This document shows positions 23,801-30,783 of a stretch of DNA of 40,586 nucleotides, piece by piece (the first letter of the stretch is position 1; every line of letters starts with the position of its first letter). This DNA is from an archaeon. Its GTDB lineage: Archaea; Iainarchaeota; Iainarchaeia; Iainarchaeales; Iainarchaeaceae. A model generated the notes under the pieces. That model saw only the letters and a program-made list of their open reading frames with translations, was not told where the DNA came from and searched no databases. The position numbers and the translations under genes are program-made. Location: the NCBI GenBank assembly GCA_035289485.1, contig DATDXA010000024.1:1-40586 (forward strand). The letters run 5' to 3'.

Positions 23801-25824
23801 TCATGGCAAAAGCCGGAGGCGCGCTCACACAGGATATTTACCTTTACGTGATGTCAACCGATGCGGACCGCGGAGTAAGCGCATTCGCAGCATACGCCTC
23901 CGAATCCGAAGTGCTCTCAAGCACTGCGGCGCCGAAAACAATAAACCTGCAGGCAGTTTCAAGGCCGCCGATATTTGAAAAGAAACAAACCGCACTCTTT
24001 GAGGATTTGGCGTGCTATGATTTTGACGAAGACGGGACATTAACATCGGATGAATGCGTAGAAGACATCGAGACATACCTGCAAAAAAACATCCGCGGGT
24101 GCTGGACACAGATAATGGATGTGGACCACGCCGATACGCCGGCACAAAGGTCGGAGTACGGGATAAGCATTACAGGGTGGTATGCAGGGCAGGACTGCAG
24201 CACGGTGGATGTTGCAATACCGTTCCAAAGGGCAAAAAAAATCGAAGTTGTGACAACTGCCCCCGATGAGACACCATTAAAATTCCCGTATAAAGAGGTG
24301 ACGGAATATGATGTAGAAGAGTTGACAGCGCCTCTCCCGCCGCTACCATATGACGGCGAAGGGGAATTTACAATAGTCGTTGACAATGTTTGGCAGGATA
24401 AATCCATTTACCCGGGATATCTTACCCCAGAAGGAAGTGAAATTACAAGGAAAGTTCTTGAAGAGAAAATGGCGTACGGCGGAAGCAATTACACCGGAAG
24501 GGTAGAAATCACTTCAGGCGCTGAAAATGGCAACTATAAATCAAATGACCAATGGCTTGCCGCAATAGGAATGCAGATAACTGATTCGCTCTCGGAGAAC
24601 CAAATTGGCACCCTTACAAACTGCGATGCCGCCGAAAATGTAGGAATATCCTGCGATTTCCCGGCGTACAAAAACAAGCTGGATGATTTGCTGAATGCAC
24701 AAGCTCAGATCGGATTCAACGGCGACATAGCGACGTATGATGATATGATGAACATTTACATCAGAAGACTTGTTCTTGAGAGCCACATAGACAATGTGTT
24801 GGCATTCGCTGGTTCAGTGTCAGGAAAAGGCGCACAGCTTGCCGGAGAGGAAACATTTGGCAATGAAATGATTGGAAAAGCCGATTTTGCGGGCGGGAAT
24901 CAGGAATTGCCAGTGGTTTCAAGTGTGTGGGAGACCGCAATAGATGGGGCTAAGTTGAATCCTGAAGACACTGCGAAATTAAATAACTTAAAGTTTCAGT
25001 ACGATGGCGCGGTTGCACGTACAGAACATCTGAATAGCAGGGTATTAGGACTTACAGAGACTTCCAGGGCTTTGACTGTCGAATACACTAATTTGATTAA
25101 AGACATTGCTACAAAGGAAGCGGAGATTGCACCGCTTGAATTAGCACAGAGGCAAGGCGTATTGGTAGGGCAACACAACATTGATAGGTTACAAAGTTTG
25201 CGTGAAGAATTAACCAATCTAAGATATAATCTTGGCGTAAAAGGAAACCAACTCGGAATCGCAAATTCTGCACTAGGCGAATTTAGTGAAAAGCTTAGAA
25301 TGTCCAAAGCAAAAATTGTAAACTTGAGAACCCAGTGGTTCGCCGAGCGGACAGCCGCATTAGCAAGAGCCACAAAAGGCGCAGGGGTGCTCAATTCGGT
25401 TAAGAAGGGATTGGTGAAAATCGGAAGGGGTTTGGGAAGATTGGCAGGGGTTGGAGTCGCTGTGATTGTTGTAAATGACGCACGCAATGTTGGCGCGGCA
25501 GAAGCGTCATGGAAACTTGTGAACGGATTGATACCGATGACGGTTGCGCTTGATGATGTGGGACCTGACAGCCCAAAGGTCAAAATACAGCTTGCCGAAA
25601 AGAGACAGCAATTGCATGATAATGTGGTGCCGTACCTTGACAAATTAGGCAAGGCATATTGGCGCGGGATGAAAGCCGGAGGCGACAAAGAGGAATATAA
25701 TAGGCTACTTTTGGAAGACCAGCAGGCAATTAATTCCGGGGACCCTAACGCCGCGCAAAACCAGAGACTTATTAATGAGGCTAATGGCATAATATCTGCC
25801 GCGGAAGCAACACAGGGGCAATGA
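17818..25824 (+). CDS. Giant multidomain surface lipoprotein A (2668 aa)
   Basis: Lipobox LFGC, Gly/Ser stalk, CxDSD Cys module, carboxypeptidase-regulatory-like Ig domain, DsbA-like domain without CxxC, four copies of an ATFELY domain, an S-layer-like insert, SH3-like domain, EF-hand, coiled coil and hydrophobic tip. TATA-like TTATATAT about 25 nt upstream suggests a leaderless transcript. Confidence 0.9.
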   Translation: MEINYNASLLLILSILLFGCVQEQAGAENANLSPTQPENVAGFATLESGDESGGTGTGEYTQPAPSGTGTGTGTGSGSGSESGSESGSGSGSGFGYGDDGSGSGSGYDYGSGSGSSSGDEEGSGSGTGTGSGQDSELAAENLALSQSLKCTLDSASEDRVGTWNNFTPGIGGGNPTPYDWKWICSIEFTKTKTITSITLKHELSTESWSTSNTQLYPIVVFKGDTQLNRAYGQTLGTYNAGKYDNFKLFGQIESETFSGAIATFTFSDGTTASTKIPPSDKKPQAPCIDSDNGADYFTQGTTTKGATTKTDYCINTETLNEYTCKDNQVKDATYKCPNGCDKDTGACKPDTTTPAINFCSYISPDTAQPFHEGEIYYGVTGGYEFNSGIALDLKIKKVENADNPDKAKATFELYEQQSGNLLGTATAGYCDDLRNLFISKSGKPMLFGHFFIKAFGKDDKGKVVSLTALGSDVCIESQYGGYPSSSTVIGTTGMLYGPIYKNSNPNLAEVSVTASFNNGPFIDSKEFPTSSPRAPTLNYDYISIPATLQGETTATMKIKAMENGQEVNVTLYCIGDAQNDEAGIVKVTVLDSDTKEAIPGALAKLMLDNTLLHYNSTGDDGVVFLASKAKTPPVRYLILVNAVGYESQSNGSAYIYSGGKTEVTFYLMKSQTTARDQLPEPVLNKNPENRVSIKAFFEFEGPFTKMFYNNQMKQILDTYPNEVSFSFTNYPLSIIHRYGTITALAGECAAAQGKFFEFADQLYGNDYSTFTRDVLLNIAIDAKLDYQAFGECLEEQTYYPEVLDDIKQGNAIDLTGTPTFSLSNGKREIRIVGAQSYDEFKKAIEFLLNDTEPPVDDAVIKSDFIVKEIVIKDASNGYVDIIRNPFTGDTGTYYVKNKIGGIKGTGKYDGQSMTIVILQLLSTNPAFGTPLQATFELQDKEGNVVDWKTASIGDNLRYIFKYNDPAVSGRQYIDEGEGIYSLMGSGIYKGQKLSIKFATLEVKRAAAGSQYPFIYTGTFELYNESGKLLDTQTAGKSDDLGSLFKDPNGQDALATSVNIDLIGLSWPNYTGYIEVTVKEKEPPTETPQTITLVDSKGYPYDPINYEGIYDYVVNLTSDSNGMKKIKIANSREKWNNSVSSNGPLYPTNSGQSLTGVNKLEYLNEGFSITNLDGKNLYEGKKLTVKLAQVTQGGGTTGTGYQGIFELYDLDNLIDTQTVTSRLGYNFAYAFRDQNDKEALGTDIFVNFIGVNNANGVPYASFFRGKLPEAKPAVFGSAMPSGTAGKGFATAEFLGFTGKEKMTTVTIGNAVTGLDSAAKGGLSFRGADDAEHNIPFALELDDAETGSTFLFDGKTIWYRMNYGASSATGAKRDFKFTVKNGDYVNNRIWNFTAPNILKIGGVGNSIGIPISAGKILTVDGVTYFFNSVSIEQNLASSSATVLVDGEINFRKENSTGTPIYNTFGDAADETYGKFYFTDGAVFDNQTPQSSIVIGGVTQHTNNGIILPDKELGGFSFSAMASQEINRLWLLLDAPQFLDGKAQTVGTIQSGKTLYFQGTDVPNFQGTENGYANTEYYVPQDTDFNFSDTRYSNKSAYFVANFFINGDTDNRIYVYIDTRDSGVIGPFTNSDLASYTSDAKFVSSFSKNTTLWSLKSGNDPSYLKAAYADDGTKASLLENDAGVKISMPQNRENVQAALIFSDGYYILYNPYLNSTSGSSAVEINELVNSHLINTDTFQERLGITADAKMDTSSDIKDLVAYIEGGEFYYETAKKTGAIQTGDCIPFFGNYYNVSKINTSQSPYSITLETSAQCSALPRILGADIAPQGTVDDQMRGTIAEPLQKPQMEAAPVPKPWNPKVTTSGTGAKISAIRILNPKFEINDNVKIKATAASKVYKAYPSATSPDATWLSGGPSSISYGTITEMPYTDNGGNIWYNAQFKQKLSTRGEAILANAWVTQNMLVKLNADGTTTDLPDSYTSHFKLEARGTGYSAGQFLMAKAGGALTQDIYLYVMSTDADRGVSAFAAYASESEVLSSTAAPKTINLQAVSRPPIFEKKQTALFEDLACYDFDEDGTLTSDECVEDIETYLQKNIRGCWTQIMDVDHADTPAQRSEYGISITGWYAGQDCSTVDVAIPFQRAKKIEVVTTAPDETPLKFPYKEVTEYDVEELTAPLPPLPYDGEGEFTIVVDNVWQDKSIYPGYLTPEGSEITRKVLEEKMAYGGSNYTGRVEITSGAENGNYKSNDQWLAAIGMQITDSLSENQIGTLTNCDAAENVGISCDFPAYKNKLDDLLNAQAQIGFNGDIATYDDMMNIYIRRLVLESHIDNVLAFAGSVSGKGAQLAGEETFGNEMIGKADFAGGNQELPVVSSVWETAIDGAKLNPEDTAKLNNLKFQYDGAVARTEHLNSRVLGLTETSRALTVEYTNLIKDIATKEAEIAPLELAQRQGVLVGQHNIDRLQSLREELTNLRYNLGVKGNQLGIANSALGEFSEKLRMSKAKIVNLRTQWFAERTAALARATKGAGVLNSVKKGLVKIGRGLGRLAGVGVAVIVVNDARNVGAAEASWKLVNGLIPMTVALDDVGPDSPKVKIQLAEKRQQLHDNVVPYLDKLGKAYWRGMKAGGDKEEYNRLLLEDQQAINSGDPNAAQNQRLINEANGIISAAEATQGQ
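17960..18215 (+). repeat. Gly/Ser/Thr low-complexity stalk (GS/GT dipeptide repeats); near-duplicate at about 32140-32385
   Basis: GTGTGTGTGSGSGSESGSESGSGSGSG... in both paralogs, with small indels. Confidence 0.85.
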
Positions 25825-26576
25825 TGCACATGAAAACAACCCAAAAAATCACAATAGCAATTTTGGCACTCGCCATTCTGTTCTCCGGCTGCGCGCAGCC
25901 AGGAACGGAGCAGAATCAGCAGCAGGGAAACATTGCCCAGCCTTCGGCTCCGCCGGTTACAACCAACATTGAATTTGCAAGCCACATAGACGCGGGCTTT
26001 CCTGAGCAGGATGTTTTTGTAAAAGAAATCGCAACATCAAGCCAGGTTTTCAGGCTTGAGAAAAGCGGCACTTTGCAGCAGGGAAACCTTGAGAAAATTG
26101 TTTTTGCCACGGCAACAGAAACCGCGCACAACCCTTTCAAAACAGGGGACAATGCGCTCGGGCCTTTTATTGCAGGGCAGAACCTTGGGTTTACATTAAA
26201 GCAGTGGCTTGAAGCCACCGGGAAAGGAACATACTCCGTTGCGGGAAGCGACGCAGTACTCAGGCTCTCATTCCAGAAGCTTGTTCCGAACGGAGTTTAC
26301 ACTGTTTTGTGCTCAAGAATTACAATGCCCCCGAATGCAAAAATAGTTGATGCCCCGTGCGGAAAGGCGGACGGCTCGGACAACGCTTTCCTTGCGGACA
26401 AGGACGGAAACGGAAAAATTGAAATTGCGCTCTCACCGCTGCAGCAGAGCACAAATGACACTAAAACTGCAATAGCGATTGCGTTCCACAGCGACGGCAA
26501 ATCATACGGAGCAAGCGCCGGGCCATATGGGCAGAAGACGCATGTGCAGCTTGTATATATGATGCCGACGCCATAA
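25821..26576 (+). CDS. Hypothetical lipoprotein, translationally coupled to giant protein A
   Basis: Lipobox FSGC, ATGA overlap with the upstream stop, globular region FPEQDVF...LVPNGVYT...HSDGKSYG...THVQL. Confidence 0.8.
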   Translation: MMHMKTTQKITIAILALAILFSGCAQPGTEQNQQQGNIAQPSAPPVTTNIEFASHIDAGFPEQDVFVKEIATSSQVFRLEKSGTLQQGNLEKIVFATATETAHNPFKTGDNALGPFIAGQNLGFTLKQWLEATGKGTYSVAGSDAVLRLSFQKLVPNGVYTVLCSRITMPPNAKIVDAPCGKADGSDNAFLADKDGNGKIEIALSPLQQSTNDTKTAIAIAFHSDGKSYGASAGPYGQKTHVQLVYMMPTP

Positions 26577-26966
26577 GAGCCGATAACAGCCAATCCACTC
26601 TCTGATAAAAGCCCAAGATTTGCGACAAAATGCGGCGAGCCTGATTCTGCCCGAAAAAGGCTTTTTATTAACACCGCCCAGCATTTTGTTCAGATGTCCA
26701 GTTTTTTGGACAACCGAAATAATTTTTTGGACACACGATTTTTATGATGCTGCAGGAGATTTTTGGGTCAAAATCTAAAATCGGGCTCTTGGCCAGGGTC
26801 ATAGATTCCAAAGAATCGTTTTTGACCAGGGAGCTTGCGAGGCTTAGATAGTCGTTATAAGTATAAAATTTGACAAGTCATTATACTTTATAACGATAAA
26901 CATTACTAATTAAGTTGTATTTTACAAAAGATAACTATATAAATAGCTCTAGCACAATTTAGTGGT

Positions 26967-28445
26967 ATGGATGAAAATCAACTATTGTTACTAAGAGATC
27001 TCCAAAAGGAAAACAAATGGTGGTCAGATGGCCAAGCACCACCAGAATTAGTCAGGAAATTTAAAAGAGCTGACTTTTTCTCCTATAGAAATCTCATTGA
27101 GGGCGATTATCCAAATATTGTAGTGGGGCCTAGAAGAATTGGAAAATCTACAGTTCTGTATCAGCTCATTGATTTTCTTATAACCAGCAAAAAAATTCCC
27201 CCTAACCGGATAATATTTCTATCATTGGAAAGGCCGTTTTTTGGCATGGTAAAAAACCCGATAAAAAACTCACTGCAAATATTTGAAGAGGCCATTTTGA
27301 AAGAGCCGTTAGAATCGCTAAGCAAACCAATTTACATTTTCCTTGATGAAGCAAGCAGGAACTTGGACTGGGCTCTGCAAGTAAAGGAATATTTCGATAA
27401 AAAATACAAAATGAAATTCTTCATTACGGGGTCTTCAACCCCCGCACTCTTTGCAAAAAGTTCGGAGTCGTTAGTTGGAAGGCATAATCTGATCACAATG
27501 CTGCCCCTAAAATTTAGTGATGTTGTTAGGATGGCTAACGACCCAAAAACAGATGAATTGCTGAACCAATTAAGCAAGATTGTTCTAAGGACTTATTTTC
27601 TCGCAGCAATAAAGCAAAATAATCCAAAGCCATTTGCAGATGCGTTGCAATCTATTTACGTTCAAGTAGGTTCTGAAGGAGAAACACTCCTACAGATTAC
27701 ACTCAACAAATATCTTCTTAGGGGAGGATACCCTGAATTTTATGATAAGAACACATCTTGGGCGGAAGCCTCAAAAATAATGAGGGAGGCTTATTTTGAT
27801 GCAATAATAAGCTATGACATGATAAGGGTGTTCAATTCCAGAAATCCGGATAAAATAAAAGCATTATACACATTTCTCGCAACAACAACAGCACAACAAG
27901 TTAACCTTTCAACTTTGTGCGGCAAATTAGGCATATCAAAAACAGCACTTAACGAATATTTATCACAATTGCAAGAAACTCATCTCATAAAAATAATGCG
28001 GCCATACAAAAAAAATAAACTCAAAATAGGCAACGACATAAAAAAAATATATGTGGGCGATATAGGATTAAGAAACTCCGTTCTCGGAGTAACAGAAGAT
28101 GAAATAAACAGCACCACTCTGTTGGGGCACCTCGCTGAAACCGCTGCACAAGACCACACGTTAAGGCTAAAATTTAATGTGGATAAAGAGCATAAGCCTG
28201 AAACATTTTTTTGGAAGTCTGACAAAAAAGAAGTGGATATAATAATTGAAATATCCAAAAAAACCATTCCGATAGAATCAAAATACTCGGAACAAATAAA
28301 ATCGGAAGATTCACAAGAGCTCAAAGCCTTTATTCGGGATCACGGCAGCCCTTTTGGCATACTCTTGACAAAAAAATCTTTCCATTTTGATGAGAAGAGC
28401 AAAGTAATCAGCATTCCACTCTGGCTTTATTTGCTAATGTGTTAA
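26967..28445 (+). CDS. AAA_14 ATPase with DUF4143 (wHTH plus PD-(D/E)xK-like C-terminus)
   Basis: Walker A GPRRIGKS, Walker B IFLDEA, TGSS, LVGR, GGYPE, KKIYVGDIG, EVDII...PIESKY. TATA box TATAAATA about 25 nt upstream. Confidence 0.9.
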   Translation: MDENQLLLLRDLQKENKWWSDGQAPPELVRKFKRADFFSYRNLIEGDYPNIVVGPRRIGKSTVLYQLIDFLITSKKIPPNRIIFLSLERPFFGMVKNPIKNSLQIFEEAILKEPLESLSKPIYIFLDEASRNLDWALQVKEYFDKKYKMKFFITGSSTPALFAKSSESLVGRHNLITMLPLKFSDVVRMANDPKTDELLNQLSKIVLRTYFLAAIKQNNPKPFADALQSIYVQVGSEGETLLQITLNKYLLRGGYPEFYDKNTSWAEASKIMREAYFDAIISYDMIRVFNSRNPDKIKALYTFLATTTAQQVNLSTLCGKLGISKTALNEYLSQLQETHLIKIMRPYKKNKLKIGNDIKKIYVGDIGLRNSVLGVTEDEINSTTLLGHLAETAAQDHTLRLKFNVDKEHKPETFFWKSDKKEVDIIIEISKKTIPIESKYSEQIKSEDSQELKAFIRDHGSPFGILLTKKSFHFDEKSKVISIPLWLYLLMC

Positions 28446-28611
28446 ACTTTCCCAAAATTACACGGTGGCTTTTTACAGGCAATCGCCTATTCGGATATAT
28501 TCAACCAAAAGCATACAAAAGTATATCTTTGGTTAAATGCAGAAACTACGGGGGCTAACTCAGAATATGCCCCAAACCTAATACGGCCAAGCAAATGGCT
28601 GCTCTTTTGGA

Positions 28612-28649
28612 TTACCCTCTACATGCAAAAATTCAGTTGTAGAGGGTAA
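28612..28649. other. Perfect 12-bp inverted repeat with 14-nt spacer
   Basis: TTACCCTCTACA (28612-28623) / TGTAGAGGGTAA (28638-28649). Confidence 0.6.
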
Positions 28650-28702
28650 GTATTTTCCTGTGTGATTTTAAACCTTTTTCCCTCCTACTTCATTGATAGA
28701 AA

Positions 28703-29704
28703 ATGATTGTAATCGGCTTAACCGGAAAATACTGCTCGGGAAAGAGCACTGTCTGCGACTATCTCAAAAGCAAGAGCTTTTACTACAAATCACTCTCGGA
28801 TGAGCTTCGCACAATTCTTGCAAAGGAGCAAATCGAAACCACCCGCGAAAACCTCATAAAAAAGGGCAATGAGCTTCGGGAAAAGAACGGGAACAGCCAT
28901 CTTGCGCAGCTTGTGGTTGAAGGAATGTCAAAGGACAAGAATTATGTTGTTGATTCGCTGCGAAACCCCGATGAAATTCGCGAGCTGCAAAAGCTAAAGG
29001 GCTTTCATTTGTGGAACATAATTTCTTCCGAGCAGAAGAGGTTTGAGAGAATTCTTGAGCGGAAAAGGGAAGGCGACCCAAAAACTCTTGAGCAGTTCAA
29101 AGAGCTTGAGGCTAGGGAGAGCAAATCCGAAAGCGAGAGCAGCCAGCAGCTTGATGCGTGCGCAAATATGGCGGAGCACACAATAGAGAACATAGGAACG
29201 CTTGCAGAGCTTTTCGAGAAGGTTGATTCGCTTCTTCTAAATACCCCGCTTGACTTGAAGCGCCCTTCATGGGATGAATATTTCATGAACATTGCAAAGG
29301 AAGTTGCGATGAGAAGCAACTGCATAAAAAGAAAAGTTGCCGCGGTGATTGTAAGGGATAAGAGAATAGTTTCAACTGGGTATAACGGAACCCCGCGCGG
29401 AGTGAAAAACTGCAATGAGGGAGGGTGCGCGCGCTGCAATTCATTTGCAAAGGGCGGGACCGCGCTAGATGAGTGCCTCTGCTCTCATGCGGAAGAGAAT
29501 TCAATTGTGCAGGCGGCATACCACGGGATTGCAATCAACGGCGCCACGATTTATACAACCTACAGCCCCTGCCTCACATGCAGCAAGATGATAATAAATT
29601 CGGGGATAAAAAAGGTAGTTTACAACACGGAGTACCCTCTTGGGGATAAGGCGCTTGCAATGCTTGCGGAAGCGGGAGTTGAAGTGAAGAAAGCGAACGT
29701 GTAA
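28703..29704 (+). CDS. Fusion of a P-loop nucleoside-monophosphate/dephospho-CoA-kinase-like domain and a dCMP deaminase (ComEB-type)
   Basis: N-terminal IGLTGKYCSGKST...DSLRNPDE. C-terminal RPSWDEYFM...TGYNGTP...HAEENSI...SPCLTCSK. Confidence 0.92.
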   Translation: MIVIGLTGKYCSGKSTVCDYLKSKSFYYKSLSDELRTILAKEQIETTRENLIKKGNELREKNGNSHLAQLVVEGMSKDKNYVVDSLRNPDEIRELQKLKGFHLWNIISSEQKRFERILERKREGDPKTLEQFKELEARESKSESESSQQLDACANMAEHTIENIGTLAELFEKVDSLLLNTPLDLKRPSWDEYFMNIAKEVAMRSNCIKRKVAAVIVRDKRIVSTGYNGTPRGVKNCNEGGCARCNSFAKGGTALDECLCSHAEENSIVQAAYHGIAINGATIYTTYSPCLTCSKMIINSGIKKVVYNTEYPLGDKALAMLAEAGVEVKKANV

Positions 29705-29736
29705 AAAAAAGTAAACGAAGTGTGCTGATAAATTTT

Positions 29737-30669
29737 TTACTTTTCCTCTTTTGAAATTTCGCTGGCTTCTTCCTTTTCAGCGCCAAGTATTATTGATTCA
29801 AGATTCACCTTCAAATCCTTGTTGTCCGGCAGGATATAATCCGCAAGCCCGAGACGGTATGAAATTTTCTGCGCAGTTGTGGGGCTTGATGGCCGAAGAA
29901 GAATTGTAACAAGCATCTTTGCAATGTCGATATCGGCGTAGCTATCGGTTATAATCACGGATTTTTTCACATCGAAGTTTTTCCCCTGCGCTGCAAGGCC
30001 TTCTTTAATCGCAGTGAGCTTTGTGCGCACGGCAATTCCCTCAAATTCAAAGTCCTTTGTGCCGACCATGCTTTTTATTCCGGTAATCGCCCCCGCTTCA
30101 TTGAACCCAAGCTCGGTTCCTATGATGCAGTCAAACTCGAAACCATATTTTAGTTTCAGGTGCTCATTTAGCATATTTCCAAAATCTTTTGAGGAAAGGG
30201 TTGCGAGCACTATTGTTTTGCCGCTTGCCTTGATATCTATTAGCGCATTTATCAGCTGCCTGCGAAGTTGGGGCTTTATGCGGTCAAGGACATGGAAGAG
30301 GTGCGGGCGGGAAATTTTTCGCCCCATTAGAAACTTATTCCCTTCAACAATTGCCTTCTCGATGCTGTATTCTCCGGAGGCGATTTTAGAAATTACTGAA
30401 TTGTAAATTTCCTCCCCGGATGCCTTGCCGGATTCTGTCTTTTCAGGGTATGCAAGCGCGAGAGCCTCTAGGTTTGCATCGGTTTTGTAGAGGGTCCCGT
30501 CCATATCTACGATTATTGTGTCAAATTCGGCGTGGCGAAACCTTCGCAGCGCGCTTCGCTTTATCTTAAAGGTAAGGGAATTCTTGACAACAAGGCCAAG
30601 AAGCTTTGCGGCACCGAGCTTGGATTTGATGTCCCGCAGGCGCGGAACCTTAAGGCGTGGCATTTTCAT
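29737..30669 (-). CDS. HAD-superfamily hydrolase (phosphoserine-phosphatase-like)
   Basis: Motif I IVDMDGTL, motif II LATLS, motif III K, motif IV ITDSYAD, with a basic N-terminal extension. Confidence 0.82.
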   Translation of the reverse strand: MKMPRLKVPRLRDIKSKLGAAKLLGLVVKNSLTFKIKRSALRRFRHAEFDTIIVDMDGTLYKTDANLEALALAYPEKTESGKASGEEIYNSVISKIASGEYSIEKAIVEGNKFLMGRKISRPHLFHVLDRIKPQLRRQLINALIDIKASGKTIVLATLSSKDFGNMLNEHLKLKYGFEFDCIIGTELGFNEAGAITGIKSMVGTKDFEFEGIAVRTKLTAIKEGLAAQGKNFDVKKSVIITDSYADIDIAKMLVTILLRPSSPTTAQKISYRLGLADYILPDNKDLKVNLESIILGAEKEEASEISKEEK

Positions 30670-30783
30670 GGGAAATCAGATAGAATATTGGGTTAAGCAC
30701 TTTAAATTAGTGCCGCAAAAGCCCTTGAAAAGGGAATTAACAGCCGCGCTTAAGTTTAAATGGATTAATTCCAAGGTATTAGC

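Noticed and set aside
24996..25985. 329-aa minus-strand ORF and other long antisense ORFs (6607..7395, 37013..37690, 13485..14093)
   Set aside because: They are shadows of well-supported plus-strand genes and show no recognisable motifs.
26852..26896. Xer/dif site
   Set aside because: The spacer is 14 nt rather than the 6 nt of dif sites, and no tyrosine recombinase is in the window.
29701..29740. GTAAAAAA...TTTTTTAC inverted repeat as a fifth repeat copy
   Set aside because: It has a long loop and lacks the tail and CTTT pattern. It is better explained as T-tract termination between convergent genes.
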